In this document: positions 1 to 10,784 of the stretch, piece by piece | Layout: every line of letters begins with the position of its first letter | How positions within the stretch are numbered: position 1 is the stretch's first letter | NCBI RefSeq assembly: GCF_050920415.1 | Contig: NZ_CP169309.1 | DNA from: Escherichia coli | GTDB lineage: Bacteria; Pseudomonadota; Gammaproteobacteria; Enterobacterales; Enterobacteriaceae | Reading direction: 5' to 3' (one strand) | DNA: 64,000 nucleotides | Translations under genes and position numbers: made by a program | The notes under the pieces: generated by a model | What the model was told of the DNA's origin: nothing | Seen by the model: only the letters and a program-made list of their open reading frames with translations | Databases searched by the model: none

Positions 1-360
1 AACGAAGCCCAGCTGGCGCACTTCCGTCGTATTCTGGAAGCATGGCGTAATCAACTCAGGGATGAAGTCGATCGCACCGTTACACATATGCAGGATGAAG
101 CAGCCAACTTCCCGGATCCGGTAGACCGTGCAGCCCAGGAAGAAGAGTTCAGCCTCGAACTGCGTAACCGCGATCGCGAGCGTAAGCTGATCAAAAAGAT
201 CGAGAAAACGCTGAAAAAAGTGGAAGACGAAGATTTCGGCTACTGCGAATCTTGCGGCGTTGAAATTGGTATTCGTCGTCTGGAAGCGCGCCCGACAGCC
301 GATCTGTGCATCGACTGCAAAACGCTGGCTGAAATTCGCGAAAAACAGATGGCTGGCTAA
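1..360 (+). CDS. dksA: RNA polymerase-binding transcription factor DksA (5' end outside window)
   Basis: Frame 1 reads from base 1 as [19 protein letters not shown]...; ORF track 88..360 ends ...[38 protein letters not shown] with a C-x2-C-x17-C-x2-C zinc finger; stop TAA at 358-360. Confidence 0.95.
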   Translation, partial: NEAQLAHFRRILEAWRNQLRDEVDRTVTHMQDEAANFPDPVDRAAQEEEFSLELRNRDRERKLIKKIEKTLKKVEDEDFGYCESCGVEIGIRRLEARPTADLCIDCKTLAEIREKQMAG

Positions 361-387
361 TTACAGCCGTTCCATCACGTTTACCAC

Positions 388-417
388 AGGCGGGAAATGC
401 TCCCGCCTTATTTTTTG
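388..417 (+). terminator. Rho-independent terminator after dksA (GC stem aggcggga/tcccgcct followed by T-run)
   Basis: Inverted repeat aggcgggaaatgctcccgcct followed by tattttttg, directly visible in sequence. Confidence 0.7.
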
Positions 418-426
418 TTCAACGAG

Positions 427-1323
427 ATGACAGACACACACTATATTGGTCGCTTCGCCCCCTCTCCTTCTGGCGAGCTTCATTTTGGCTCTCTGATTGC
501 CGCGCTTGGAAGCTTTCTACAGGCTCGCGCCCGGCAAGGTCGCTGGCTTGTTCGCATTGAAGATATCGATCCGCCTCGTGAAGTTCCCGGTGCCGCAGAG
601 ACCATCCTGCGCCAGCTGGAACATTACGGTCTACACTGGGACGGCGATGTTCTCTGGCAATCGCAACGTCACGACGCCTATCGCGAAGCACTCGCATGGT
701 TACATGAGCAAGGGTTAAGTTATTACTGCACCTGCACGCGCGCACGTATTCAAAGCATTGGCGGTATTTACGACGGTCATTGCCGGGAGTTGCATCATGG
801 GCCAGAAAACGCTGCTGTACGTATTCGCCAGCAGCATCCGGTCACCCAGTTTACTGACCAGCTGCGCGGCATTATTCATGCCGACCAAAAACTGGCGCGG
901 GAAGATTTTATTATTCATCGCCGTGATGGTTTATTTGCCTATAACCTGGCGGTGGTCGTTGACGATCACTACCAGGGCGTGACAGAAATTGTCCGTGGCG
1001 CGGATTTGATCGAACCCACGGTGCGCCAAATCTCGCTGTACCAGCTTTTTGGCTGGCAGGTGCCAGATTACATTCATTTGCCACTGGCACTTAATCCACA
1101 AGGCGCTAAACTTTCCAAGCAGAATCATGCGCCTGCGTTGCCAAAAGGCGATCCTCGGCCGGTGTTAATCGCGGCACTTCAATTTCTGGGCCAGCAGGCA
1201 GAAACACACTGGCAGGATTTCAGCGTCGAGCAAATTCTCCAGTCAGCCGTCACAAACTGGACGCTGACTACCATTCCTGACTCGGCAATTGTAAATTCAA
1301 CATTCTCAAATGCGTCATGCTGA
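427..1323 (+). CDS. gluQ: Glutamyl-Q tRNA(Asp) synthetase
   Basis: ORF 397..1323; class I aaRS HIGH-like motif ([12 protein letters not shown]) and GluRS-like catalytic domain without anticodon-binding domain; start placed at in-frame ATG 427 downstream of the terminator hairpin (ORF-track ATG 397 lies inside the hairpin loop). Confidence 0.85.
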   Translation: MTDTHYIGRFAPSPSGELHFGSLIAALGSFLQARARQGRWLVRIEDIDPPREVPGAAETILRQLEHYGLHWDGDVLWQSQRHDAYREALAWLHEQGLSYYCTCTRARIQSIGGIYDGHCRELHHGPENAAVRIRQQHPVTQFTDQLRGIIHADQKLAREDFIIHRRDGLFAYNLAVVVDDHYQGVTEIVRGADLIEPTVRQISLYQLFGWQVPDYIHLPLALNPQGAKLSKQNHAPALPKGDPRPVLIAALQFLGQQAETHWQDFSVEQILQSAVTNWTLTTIPDSAIVNSTFSNASC

Positions 1324-1382
1324 GCTATGATTAGCCGCTATTTTTTTGTCCTGAATGATGTTTGACACTACCGAGGTGTACT

Positions 1383-2780
1383 ATTTTTACCCGAGTCGCT
1401 AATTTTTGCCGCAAGGTGCTAAGCCGCGAGGAAAGCGAGGCTGAACAGGCAGTCGCCCGTCCACAGGTGACGGTGATCCCGCGTGAGCAGCATGCTATTT
1501 CCCGCAAAGATATCAGTGAAAATGCCCTGAAGGTAATGTACAGGCTCAATAAAGCGGGATACGAAGCCTGGCTGGTTGGCGGCGGCGTACGCGACCTGTT
1601 ACTTGGCAAAAAGCCGAAAGATTTTGACGTGACCACCAACGCCACGCCTGAGCAGGTGCGCAAACTGTTCCGTAACTGCCGCCTGGTGGGTCGCCGTTTC
1701 CGTCTTGCTCATGTCATGTTTGGCCCGGAGATTATCGAAGTTGCGACCTTCCGTGGACATCACGAAGGTAACGTCAGCGACCGCACGACCTCCCAACGCG
1801 GGCAAAACGGCATGTTGCTGCGCGACAACATTTTCGGCTCCATCGAAGAAGACGCCCAACGCCGCGATTTCACTATCAACAGCCTGTATTACAGCGTGGC
1901 AGATTTTACCGTCCGCGATTACGTTGGTGGCATGAAGGATCTGAAAGACGGCGTTATCCGTCTGATTGGTAACCCAGAAACGCGCTACCGTGAAGATCCG
2001 GTACGTATGCTGCGCGCGGTTCGTTTTGCCGCCAAATTGGGCATGCGCATCAGCCCGGAAACCGCAGAACCGATCCCACGCCTGGCAACCTTGCTAAACG
2101 ATATTCCTCCGGCGCGTTTGTTTGAAGAATCTCTGAAACTGTTGCAAGCGGGCTACGGTTACGAAACCTATAAACTGCTGTGTGAATACCATCTGTTCCA
2201 GCCGCTGTTCCCGACCATTACCCGCTACTTTACGGAAAATGGTGACAGTCCAATGGAGCGGATCATTGAGCAGGTGCTGAAGAATACTGACACGCGTATT
2301 CATAACGATATGCGCGTCAACCCGGCGTTCCTGTTTGCCGCCATGTTCTGGTATCCCCTGCTGGAAACAGCACAGAAAATTGCCCAAGAGAGCGGCCTGA
2401 CTTATCACGACGCTTTCGCGCTGGCAATGAACGATGTGTTAGACGAAGCCTGCCGTTCACTGGCGATCCCGAAACGGCTAACCACTTTAACCCGTGATAT
2501 CTGGCAATTACAGTTGCGCATGTCCCGCCGTCAGGGTAAACGCGCATGGAAATTACTCGAACATCCGAAGTTCCGCGCCGCTTATGACCTGCTGGCACTG
2601 CGTGCTGAAGTAGAACGCAACGCCGAGCTACAACGTCTGGCGAAATGGTGGGGTGAGTTCCAGGTTTCCGCGCCGCCAGACCAAAAAGGGATGCTTAACG
2701 AACTGGATGAAGAACCGTCACCGCGTCGTCGTACTCGTCGCCCGCGCAGACGTGCGCCGCGCCGTGAGGGCACCGCATGA
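1383..2780 (+). CDS. pcnB: Poly(A) polymerase I
   Basis: ORF 1362..2780; nucleotidyltransferase motif [17 protein letters not shown] and basic C-terminus; recognised protein begins at the Ile codon ATT 1383 ([11 protein letters not shown]...), consistent with the known non-AUG start of pcnB. Confidence 0.9.
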   Translation: MFTRVANFCRKVLSREESEAEQAVARPQVTVIPREQHAISRKDISENALKVMYRLNKAGYEAWLVGGGVRDLLLGKKPKDFDVTTNATPEQVRKLFRNCRLVGRRFRLAHVMFGPEIIEVATFRGHHEGNVSDRTTSQRGQNGMLLRDNIFGSIEEDAQRRDFTINSLYYSVADFTVRDYVGGMKDLKDGVIRLIGNPETRYREDPVRMLRAVRFAAKLGMRISPETAEPIPRLATLLNDIPPARLFEESLKLLQAGYGYETYKLLCEYHLFQPLFPTITRYFTENGDSPMERIIEQVLKNTDTRIHNDMRVNPAFLFAAMFWYPLLETAQKIAQESGLTYHDAFALAMNDVLDEACRSLAIPKRLTTLTRDIWQLQLRMSRRQGKRAWKLLEHPKFRAAYDLLALRAEVERNAELQRLAKWWGEFQVSAPPDQKGMLNELDEEPSPRRRTRRPRRRAPRREGTA

Positions 2781-3253
2781 CAGTGGCGTATATTGCCATC
2801 GGCAGCAATCTGGCCTCTCCGCTGGAGCAGGTCAATGCTGCCCTGAAGGCAATAGATGACATTCCTGAAAGCCGCATTCTTGCCGTTTCTTCGTTTTACC
2901 GCACCCCACCGCTGGGGCCGCAAGATCAACCCGATTACTTAAACGCAGCCGTGGCTCTGGAAACCTCTCTTACAGCAGAAGAGCTCCTCAACCACACACA
3001 GCGTATTGAGCTGCAACAGGGTCGTGTCCGCAAAGCTGAACGCTGGGGACCGCGCACGCTCGATCTTGATATCATGTTGTTTGGTAATCAGGTCATAAAC
3101 ACTGAGCGCCTGACCGTTCCGCACTATGATATGAAGAATCGTGGATTTATGTTGTGGCCGCTGTTTGAGATCGCGCCGGAACTCGTGTTTCCTGATGGTG
3201 AAACGTTGCAAGCAAGACTCACTACTTTCCCTCCCAGCCCACAGCACTGGTAA
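2777..3253 (+). CDS. folK: 2-amino-4-hydroxy-6-hydroxymethyldihydropteridine pyrophosphokinase (HPPK)
   Basis: ORF 2777..3253, 158 aa [12 protein letters not shown]...; start overlaps pcnB stop (ATGA). Confidence 0.93.
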   Translation: MTVAYIAIGSNLASPLEQVNAALKAIDDIPESRILAVSSFYRTPPLGPQDQPDYLNAAVALETSLTAEELLNHTQRIELQQGRVRKAERWGPRTLDLDIMLFGNQVINTERLTVPHYDMKNRGFMLWPLFEIAPELVFPDGETLQARLTTFPPSPQHW

Positions 3254-3758
3254 ACCACATTCCTGGAAAAACGTATTGGGTAATGCAATGTTGTATAATA
3301 TTATTTTATAGTTTCAATGAATTAATTCTCTCTCCCCCATCATATAAATCACAAAAAAACAGCATTAAAAATATAATTACGGCAAATATATTTTCATTAC
3401 CTATATTAACTTTTCTCTTTATAAGAGGTTTTTAATGATAATTAACCAATTTATTCTGAGTACTATGCCTCACTCCCGGTATTAGCACTGGATAGCACTT
3501 AATTGGATTCTGTCAGGCTGGGACGGGGGCAACAAGTGCATACAACGACCTGTCCTTAACGCGTAATTATTAATTTCTACAGCGTATTATCACATTATTT
3601 AAACCTGCCCAACCTCACCAAATACATTCATAAAATGCATAATTATAATAAATCATAAAAATCCATTCACCGAAGATATTTTTCTTTAAAGAGTGTGGCA
3701 TTTATAATAAGTTTTGGTGAGAAAATTCACCACCATTAATTTTAATAAGGATATTTCT

Positions 3759-4325
3759 ATGTTAAATAAAAGTGCTATTGCTGCGGCATTAGTCATGTTC
3801 ACCAGTTCAGCCTTCGCGCTTGATGGCGGTCAATTAGATTTCTCAGGTTTGGTCAGTGACAATACCTGCGCCCTGCACGTCAACGGTGGCGCGCAGGACG
3901 GTCAAATTACTCTGCAAACCGCTACAACCGCTGAAGTTAATGGCGCAGGTGTCGTAAAGACTGCCGACGTTGGTGCAAAACCGGAAGCCTTTTCTATTGC
4001 GATAGATTGCTCGGGCGATCCAAAAAATAACGCCAGTCTGAGCATGGGTTCTGTGTTCTTCAGTAACAGCCAGGGCACTCTGAACAACGATCTCTCTATC
4101 AGCCAGGCGGCAACCGGGGTCGCTATTGCCATTCACTACCTTACCAATGCCACCACCTACCAACAGGTGAAAGTTAACGACAGCACCGATGTTAAAAACC
4201 TTGTGTTTACCAACGGCAAAGCGGTTTACAACTTTAAAGCGTCGTATGTTAAACAGGCAGCAACAGTTGACGCAACGGCAGGTTATGTCAAAACCAACGC
4301 CGCTTATACAGTGACTTATCAGTAA
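3759..4325 (+). CDS. yadN: Fimbrial major subunit-like protein (chaperone-usher pilin)
   Basis: ORF 3714..4325; ATG 3759 preceded by RBS taagga; N-terminal signal peptide MLNKSAIAAALVMFTSSAFA; pilin-like C-terminal beta-strand (YTVTYQ). Confidence 0.88.
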   Translation: MLNKSAIAAALVMFTSSAFALDGGQLDFSGLVSDNTCALHVNGGAQDGQITLQTATTAEVNGAGVVKTADVGAKPEAFSIAIDCSGDPKNNASLSMGSVFFSNSQGTLNNDLSISQAATGVAIAIHYLTNATTYQQVKVNDSTDVKNLVFTNGKAVYNFKASYVKQAATVDATAGYVKTNAAYTVTYQ

Positions 4326-4381
4326 ATCTCTGCATCACCCGACAGCCCACTGCTGTCGGGTAACTCAATAAGGATAGTGTT

Positions 4382-5125
4382 ATGACCAGGATGTGTCAGT
4401 TTGTTGTTTCCGCTGTTTTCATCGCATCGACAGCCGTTTTCAGCCTCACCGCGCAAGCAGATATCGTGCTTTCCGGTACGCGCATTATTTACAATGCAGA
4501 CCAGAAAGACGTTACTTTGCGCATGGAAAACAAAGGCGCCCGCCCATTATTAGTCCAGACCTGGATTGATACCGGCAGCGAGAATGCCGACCCCAGCACA
4601 TTGAAAGTGCCTTTTACCGTGACGCCACCGGTTTCCCGCGTTGATGGTAAAAAAGGCCAAACGGTTAAAATTGCGTGGAACGCCAGCCAGACCCTTCCAG
4701 CCGATCGCGAAAGCATTTATTGGTTCAATGCGCTGGAAGTTCCCCCCAAGATGAGCGATGCCGATGCCAAAGGAAAAAACATTCTGCAACTGGCTTTCCG
4801 CACCCGTATCAAGCTGTTCTATCGCCCAACCGGTCTGGCGGGTAACCCGGCTGATGCACCAAAACAGTTAACCTGGCGTCTCCAGTCTTCAGCCGGAAAA
4901 GTGGTGCTGCAGGCGACAAACCCTACGCCTTATCACGTCTCATTCAGCAGCATTACCCTTGGCTCAGGCGGTAATAAATATACCGTGGAGACCAGTATGG
5001 TCGCACCCATGAGCAGTGCGGAAATGGTGGTAAAAGGCGCTCCCCGTTCTGTGTCTGGTGCAACAGTTGATTACTCCGCCATTAATGATTTTGGCGGTGG
5101 CATTGACGGCCAAGTCAAACTTTGA
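4382..5125 (+). CDS. yadV: Periplasmic fimbrial chaperone (PapD-like)
   Basis: ORF 247 aa with signal peptide and PapD-family chaperone layout; sits between pilin and usher genes. Confidence 0.88.
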   Translation: MTRMCQFVVSAVFIASTAVFSLTAQADIVLSGTRIIYNADQKDVTLRMENKGARPLLVQTWIDTGSENADPSTLKVPFTVTPPVSRVDGKKGQTVKIAWNASQTLPADRESIYWFNALEVPPKMSDADAKGKNILQLAFRTRIKLFYRPTGLAGNPADAPKQLTWRLQSSAGKVVLQATNPTPYHVSFSSITLGSGGNKYTVETSMVAPMSSAEMVVKGAPRSVSGATVDYSAINDFGGGIDGQVKL

Positions 5126-5157
5126 TGCCCACAAATTATATCGGCTGAGATCGTACA

Positions 5158-7764
5158 ATGAAGCTCCCCTACGATGGCAAAAAAATTCAACGATCGCCGC
5201 TCGCTTGCCTGATTGCGTGCAGCCTGCTGCCCTGTACTCAAAATGTGTGGGGGGCAGACGAGACCGTTGAGTTTGATAACACGTTCCTGATGGGCGCAGG
5301 CGCCAGGGATATTGATGTCAATCGTTACAGCAAAGGTAACGCAACATTACCTGGACGCTATGACGTCAGCGTGTTTATTAATAACCAGGCCAGCGCCAAT
5401 CTGAAAATCGAGTTTATTGAATTAGACCCTAAACACGCTGCTCAACCCTGCATCTCCGCGAACACGTTATTACAGCTGCATATTCGCCAGCCAGAAAAGC
5501 TAACGGATAACGCAATTTTGCAAAAACGCGAAAATGCTGCGCAGGATTGCCTCAACCTAGAGGTTGCTATTCCGCAATCAAGCGTCGCTTACAACAGCAA
5601 TGATCAGCGGCTTGATATCAGCATGCCGCAAATCTGGCTGCAAAGAACCTATGCCAACTATGTCGACGCCTCACTCTGGGATGAAGGCATCAATGCCGCA
5701 ATGCTCTCTTACACCCTTAACGGCTGGCGCAGTGAATCCCCCAATCAAACCACAGAAACCAGCTACGCCGGACTAATGGGCGGTATCAATTTATGGGGAT
5801 GGCATTTTCGCTCACATGGTAACTATTCGTGGGACAAAGAGGACGGCGGCAGTTTTGAATTTCAGGATAAATACCTGCAACGCGATATCGCCGCGCTTCG
5901 CTCTCAACTGGTGATGGGTGAAACCAATACCACAGGAGAAACCTTCGACTCGGTTCCTATTCGCGGGATGCGACTCTATAGCGAAAGCCGCATGTTGCCA
6001 CCCACGCTGGCATCGTATGCTCCCGTTATCCGTGGCGTGGCAAACTCTAACGCGAAAGTCACGATCACCCAAAACGGCTATAAAATTTATGAAACGACCG
6101 TGCCACCAGGGCCATTCGCGATTGACGATCTCACTCCGGCAGGGTTCGGTGCCGACCTCGAAGTGACCATCACCGAATCGGACGGCTCAAAGCGTACGTT
6201 TAGTCAGGCCTATTCATCGGTGATCCAGATGATGCGTCCCGGCGTAGGCAAATGGGATATCAGCGGCGGTGAGGTCAATAAAGAGGAACTTCAGGATAAA
6301 CCGAACCTGCTGCAAGGGACCTACTATTACGGATTGAGCAACACCTTCACCGGCTACACTGGTCTGCAAATGACCGATAACGGCTACTGGGCCGGTTTAC
6401 TGGGGGTGGGGATGAATACATCGCTGGGCGCATTCTCCTTCGATGTTACTCAGTCTCATGCCGAAATCCCTGACGATAAAACTTATAGTGGGCAGAGCTA
6501 CCGTATTTCATGGAATAAATATTTCGCCCCGACCGAAACGTCACTCAACATTGCCGCCTATCGCTACTCCACTGAAAACTATCTGGGGCTAAACGACGCG
6601 TTAACGCTGATTAATTCAGCCAATCATCCTGATGAAGAGGACTACTCGGGTATTGTCAGTTATGCGCGCATGAAAAATCAGTTCAGCGTTAGCATTAACC
6701 AAACGTTAAAAAGTGATGAACGTGACTATGGATCTTTCTATGTGAATGGCACATGGACAGATTACTGGGTAACCAACGAATCACAGAGCAGTTTTTCCTT
6801 TGGCTACAGTAATTCCTTTAACTGGGCGAGCTACAGCGTCAGCCTGCAACGCACATACGATGAAGACAATAAGAAGGATGATTCAGTTTACCTGAGCGTG
6901 ACCATTCCGCTTGATAAACTGCTGGGTCGTGATAGCCGCCAGGGTGGCTTCAAAACGCTGAACACCAGCGTTAACAGCGATATGAAAGGGAGTTCGCAAT
7001 ATAACGCCATTGCCTCGGGCTACAGCCAGGATAATCGCTGGAGTTACAGCGTGAATACCGCCTATAACGCGCAGAAAAACAGTGACAGCCTGAAAAGTAT
7101 CAGCGGTTATACCAGCTATGAATCGCCGTGGGGAACATTTTCAGGCTCAGCCTCCACCAGTAGCGATCACTCACGTCAGTATGGGCTCAGCACCGATGGC
7201 GGTTTTGTACTCCACCGCCACGGTCTGACCTTCAGTAACGACAGTTTTACCGACTCTGACACGTTGGCGCTGATCAACGCCCCCGGTGCAAAGGGCGCGC
7301 GCATTAACTTTGGTAACAGCACCATCGATCGCTTTGGGTACGGCGTGAGCAGTTCACTGTCACCGTATCGGGAAAATACTGTCGTGCTCGATGTTAACGA
7401 TCTGGATAACGACGTGGAGCTCAAAAACACCAGTAGCATCGCCATTCCGCGCCAGGGTTCCGTCATTTTCAGCCATTTTGACACCGACACCGGGCGTTCT
7501 GCCATTCTCAATTTACTGCGCAGCAACAATCAGCCCGTGCCGTTTGCTTCTGATATTACCGACGAAAAAGGGACCTCTATCGGGACCGTCGGACAGGGTA
7601 GTCAGGCATTTGTACGTGGTATTGCCGACAGCGGTGAATTGACGGTCACCTGGTATGAGAAAAATAGTCGCCAGCAGTGCCGTATTCATTATCAGATACC
7701 GTCATCACCCACCATGACCGGTAAAACTATCGTACTCAACGGCGTGCCATGCACCCAGCAATAA
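5158..7764 (+). CDS. htrE: Outer membrane fimbrial usher protein
   Basis: ORF 868 aa, usher-sized, with signal peptide and C-terminal Cys pair typical of FimD/PapC family. Confidence 0.9.
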   Translation: MKLPYDGKKIQRSPLACLIACSLLPCTQNVWGADETVEFDNTFLMGAGARDIDVNRYSKGNATLPGRYDVSVFINNQASANLKIEFIELDPKHAAQPCISANTLLQLHIRQPEKLTDNAILQKRENAAQDCLNLEVAIPQSSVAYNSNDQRLDISMPQIWLQRTYANYVDASLWDEGINAAMLSYTLNGWRSESPNQTTETSYAGLMGGINLWGWHFRSHGNYSWDKEDGGSFEFQDKYLQRDIAALRSQLVMGETNTTGETFDSVPIRGMRLYSESRMLPPTLASYAPVIRGVANSNAKVTITQNGYKIYETTVPPGPFAIDDLTPAGFGADLEVTITESDGSKRTFSQAYSSVIQMMRPGVGKWDISGGEVNKEELQDKPNLLQGTYYYGLSNTFTGYTGLQMTDNGYWAGLLGVGMNTSLGAFSFDVTQSHAEIPDDKTYSGQSYRISWNKYFAPTETSLNIAAYRYSTENYLGLNDALTLINSANHPDEEDYSGIVSYARMKNQFSVSINQTLKSDERDYGSFYVNGTWTDYWVTNESQSSFSFGYSNSFNWASYSVSLQRTYDEDNKKDDSVYLSVTIPLDKLLGRDSRQGGFKTLNTSVNSDMKGSSQYNAIASGYSQDNRWSYSVNTAYNAQKNSDSLKSISGYTSYESPWGTFSGSASTSSDHSRQYGLSTDGGFVLHRHGLTFSNDSFTDSDTLALINAPGAKGARINFGNSTIDRFGYGVSSSLSPYRENTVVLDVNDLDNDVELKNTSSIAIPRQGSVIFSHFDTDTGRSAILNLLRSNNQPVPFASDITDEKGTSIGTVGQGSQAFVRGIADSGELTVTWYEKNSRQQCRIHYQIPSSPTMTGKTIVLNGVPCTQQ

Positions 7765-7780
7765 TGTTCCAGGAGAGGAA

Positions 7781-8353
7781 ATGAGAACTTTTTTACTACC
7801 GCCCCTGCTGCTGCTGACGTCGCTTTGTCTCCGCCCTGCACTGGCAACCGATCTTTCGGTCAACTTTACCGCAACAATCAAAGAGACGACCTGTGCCATG
7901 ACGCTCAATGCATTGAATGGGGCCAATATCAGCGGTGATGCCACAGCGAATAACTATTATCTGGATCTGCCTGACATGGGCGTTTCGGACATTGTGAATA
8001 AATCGTCAATGTCGGAGGCTAATTTTAAAATCCTTCCCAGCAATTGTAATAACTATATTTCCAGCATGTCGATGACGCTTAATGGCGCAGTCAGCGGCTA
8101 TACAGATTCGTTAATCGCTAATGACCAGACCGTTTCGGGGCATACCAACTATGTTGGTCTTGGTATTAAACGTATGAACGCAAATGAAAATCTCCGTTTT
8201 AAACTCAACGGTAGCCAGCGAGTCACCTGGACGAGTGATGAAATAAGTAATGGATTGGATCTCACTGCCATGCTTCGTCAGACCACCACAGCGAATCCGA
8301 TCACCACTGGACAATTCCAGGCCAAAGTGACTTTCGTCTTTACCTACGAATAG
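7781..8353 (+). CDS. yadM: Fimbrial subunit-like protein
   Basis: ORF 190 aa, signal peptide, pilin-like C-terminus (VTFVFTYE). Confidence 0.85.
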   Translation: MRTFLLPPLLLLTSLCLRPALATDLSVNFTATIKETTCAMTLNALNGANISGDATANNYYLDLPDMGVSDIVNKSSMSEANFKILPSNCNNYISSMSMTLNGAVSGYTDSLIANDQTVSGHTNYVGLGIKRMNANENLRFKLNGSQRVTWTSDEISNGLDLTAMLRQTTTANPITTGQFQAKVTFVFTYE

Positions 8354-8364
8354 CAGGTTTGTTT

Positions 8365-8961
8365 ATGAATTATCAAAATATAACCTTTGTATTGCTGCTG
8401 TGCTTTGGATATATCGCCATCGGCCACGCCGCCAGTAGCTCTATGGACGTTACGGTACGCGCTAAGGTCATTGCCAGTACCTGCACGGCGGAATTGCGCA
8501 ATGCGCAGGATCAGCAAGCCACCACCATCGCAATTGGCGATGTCTATCTCAACGAGCTTTCCGCTAAATCGAAATACCAGAACTTCAGTCTGGTGTTTTC
8601 AAACTGCGAAGGGTTAGCAAAGGATCAGGCCAAAGTTGTGCTTTCGGCACAGACGGGCTGCGATGGCGCTTCCAGTTCCGGTGGCGGATATCGTAATGAA
8701 CTGACGACGGCGGACGATGATGCGGCAACCGGTGTCGCAGTTGAAGTGTGGACGACGAATCAGCCAGAAGGTCAGGGCAGCATTCAGCTTAATTGTAAAA
8801 CCAAACCGACCAGCATTGTCGATTTAACCGCGGCAACAGGCTCGAATATTGTCCACTGGCCGCTCAGTGCCCGAATTGTCATTGCATCGGATAATACCAT
8901 CGCGGATGTTCGTGCAGGTCAATTCTCCACCAACGCTATATTTTTTGTAACCTATGAGTAG
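8365..8961 (+). CDS. yadL: Fimbrial subunit-like protein
   Basis: ORF 8359..8961 (alternative start); ATG at 8365 with upstream aggt; signal peptide; C-terminus FFVTYE. Confidence 0.82.
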   Translation: MNYQNITFVLLLCFGYIAIGHAASSSMDVTVRAKVIASTCTAELRNAQDQQATTIAIGDVYLNELSAKSKYQNFSLVFSNCEGLAKDQAKVVLSAQTGCDGASSSGGGYRNELTTADDDAATGVAVEVWTTNQPEGQGSIQLNCKTKPTSIVDLTAATGSNIVHWPLSARIVIASDNTIADVRAGQFSTNAIFFVTYE

Positions 8962-9534
8962 ATGATGATGAAAACATTTATCTACATATTCGCACTGTGG
9001 TTTTCATACAATGCCATTGCCGCCAGCACCAATATTAATATGACCGCCAATATTGTCAGCACCAGCTGTAAAGTCACGTTCGACAATAGTGGGAGTATTG
9101 ATTTAGGAACGGTGGATTACAACTACCTGAACAATAATACTTCCGTCGATCGCGTTTATACCGGTGGTCACTCGTTCTACATTTCTGTCAGCGACTGTGC
9201 GCAGGTTGCAGGAAAGAACCCTGCTCGTCTTACAGTGAGTTTTACGCCCGTCGCTGGTACGCTCGGTGCAACAAACCAACAGGTTTTCGCTAATCAGACG
9301 ACTAATGGCGCTAAAAATGTCGGCATCGTGATCTTATCCACTCAGGATGCGCAAAATATTTTCAATGTACTGGATACCCACGGTCAACCGCAGAGCATTT
9401 ATCCTGTGAGTGCCGATCAGTTAGCTAATGCTACCTATCATTTTCATGCGAGGATGCAGAAGGTCGACCTGACGCAAGCCGCGACAGCCGGCTTAGTACG
9501 AGCCAGTGTGTTTGTGGGTGTTTATTATGAGTAA
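8962..9534 (+). CDS. yadK: Fimbrial subunit-like protein
   Basis: ORF 190 aa; signal peptide; pilin-like C-terminus VFVGVYYE. Confidence 0.85.
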   Translation: MMMKTFIYIFALWFSYNAIAASTNINMTANIVSTSCKVTFDNSGSIDLGTVDYNYLNNNTSVDRVYTGGHSFYISVSDCAQVAGKNPARLTVSFTPVAGTLGATNQQVFANQTTNGAKNVGIVILSTQDAQNIFNVLDTHGQPQSIYPVSADQLANATYHFHARMQKVDLTQAATAGLVRASVFVGVYYE

Positions 9535-10775
9535 TGTTTTTCGTTTTCAAGGATGATGAAATGAACCGTTTACAGCTAACAACGTGGGGCAACATTTTAT
9601 TGCTATTATTGCCCCTATATTCAGGCTGCCTCCAGGCCGCATACACACTTGTTGTCGGAGGTAAAGATACCACTGGTGATCGAGTTCAAAACAATGGTCC
9701 GGCTAGTGATGGTTATTCCACTACCATCTATACTACGGGTAGCAGCCAGGTCGTGATTGGGCGTGCCACAGCACTGCAATACAGCAATGTTAAAATCAAG
9801 CTAGATCTGGATACCGCTGCCATTCCTAATACAGGGGTTATTTACTGCTCCCCTGACGGTACGGGCGGACCGATTTCACTGGAGAACCATTTTATTAAAA
9901 GTCCGTACATCTACGATGGTCACCAACTTTTTAAAACCAATATTCAAGGGCTGTATTTTACCGCACGCATGTATGGTCTTTGGTCGTATGGTGTAGAGTC
10001 ATCAGACAACTTTTATATCGGTGATACAAATCCACAACCACTGGATCTTCGCACATCAACGTGCCCGGGCAGTTCTGGATGGTATCTGACCCTTGGTGGC
10101 TTAGTCTCTCAAATGGACATCGACTTATATAACGACGCAACCTTTGACCCCGATGCCAGCGGCAGCATTGCCCTGCTGAGTGACGCACCCTATCACTACT
10201 CTCTGAAAAATCAGTCCCCTGGCGGAAATCTCAAATCCCGTACAATTTTTCAGACGTTTAATATGGGAAATGTCACGTTAACCTCTCCTACCTGTTTGTC
10301 GGCGGTCCTCACTGGCAGCAGTGTCAGTCAGGGTGACACGGTAGGTTTGGGCGAATACAGTCCAAAAGAAGTTATTGACGGTGCGAATGGTGTGCCTTTT
10401 TCGATCACACTAAAAGGATGTTACCGGGTAACAGACATCGAAGTAAAATTGACGACAGGAGCTCCTGCGCTATCAGCGTCGCTATTGGGCAACTCGCTTA
10501 CAGCAAATGCGGCAAGCGGTGTAGGTGTAGAGATCAAAGGTAAGCCCAACTCACATTATCCAGAAGTGACGCTGATGCCCAACGACGCCTCCTCAATCTA
10601 TAAAGCGTATGGCGATAACCCGGATAACTCAAACGGTATTATTGGCAGTAACTCTTCGGGTTCTCCTGCCGACCAAACGCTGAATTTCACCGCGACTCTT
10701 AAGCAGGATGACAATCAGCAGATCCGGGCCGGAGATTTTAAAGCGACTGGCATCTTCTCAATCACCTACCCCTGA
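9534..10775 (+). CDS. yadC: Fimbrial tip adhesin-like protein (two-domain pilin)
   Basis: ORF 413 aa; start overlaps yadK stop (TAATG); longer than structural pilins, C-terminal pilin-like strand (GIFSITYP). Confidence 0.85.
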   Translation: MFFVFKDDEMNRLQLTTWGNILLLLLPLYSGCLQAAYTLVVGGKDTTGDRVQNNGPASDGYSTTIYTTGSSQVVIGRATALQYSNVKIKLDLDTAAIPNTGVIYCSPDGTGGPISLENHFIKSPYIYDGHQLFKTNIQGLYFTARMYGLWSYGVESSDNFYIGDTNPQPLDLRTSTCPGSSGWYLTLGGLVSQMDIDLYNDATFDPDASGSIALLSDAPYHYSLKNQSPGGNLKSRTIFQTFNMGNVTLTSPTCLSAVLTGSSVSQGDTVGLGEYSPKEVIDGANGVPFSITLKGCYRVTDIEVKLTTGAPALSASLLGNSLTANAASGVGVEIKGKPNSHYPEVTLMPNDASSIYKAYGDNPDNSNGIIGSNSSGSPADQTLNFTATLKQDDNQQIRAGDFKATGIFSITYP

Positions 10776-10784
10776 GCCCCGCTA

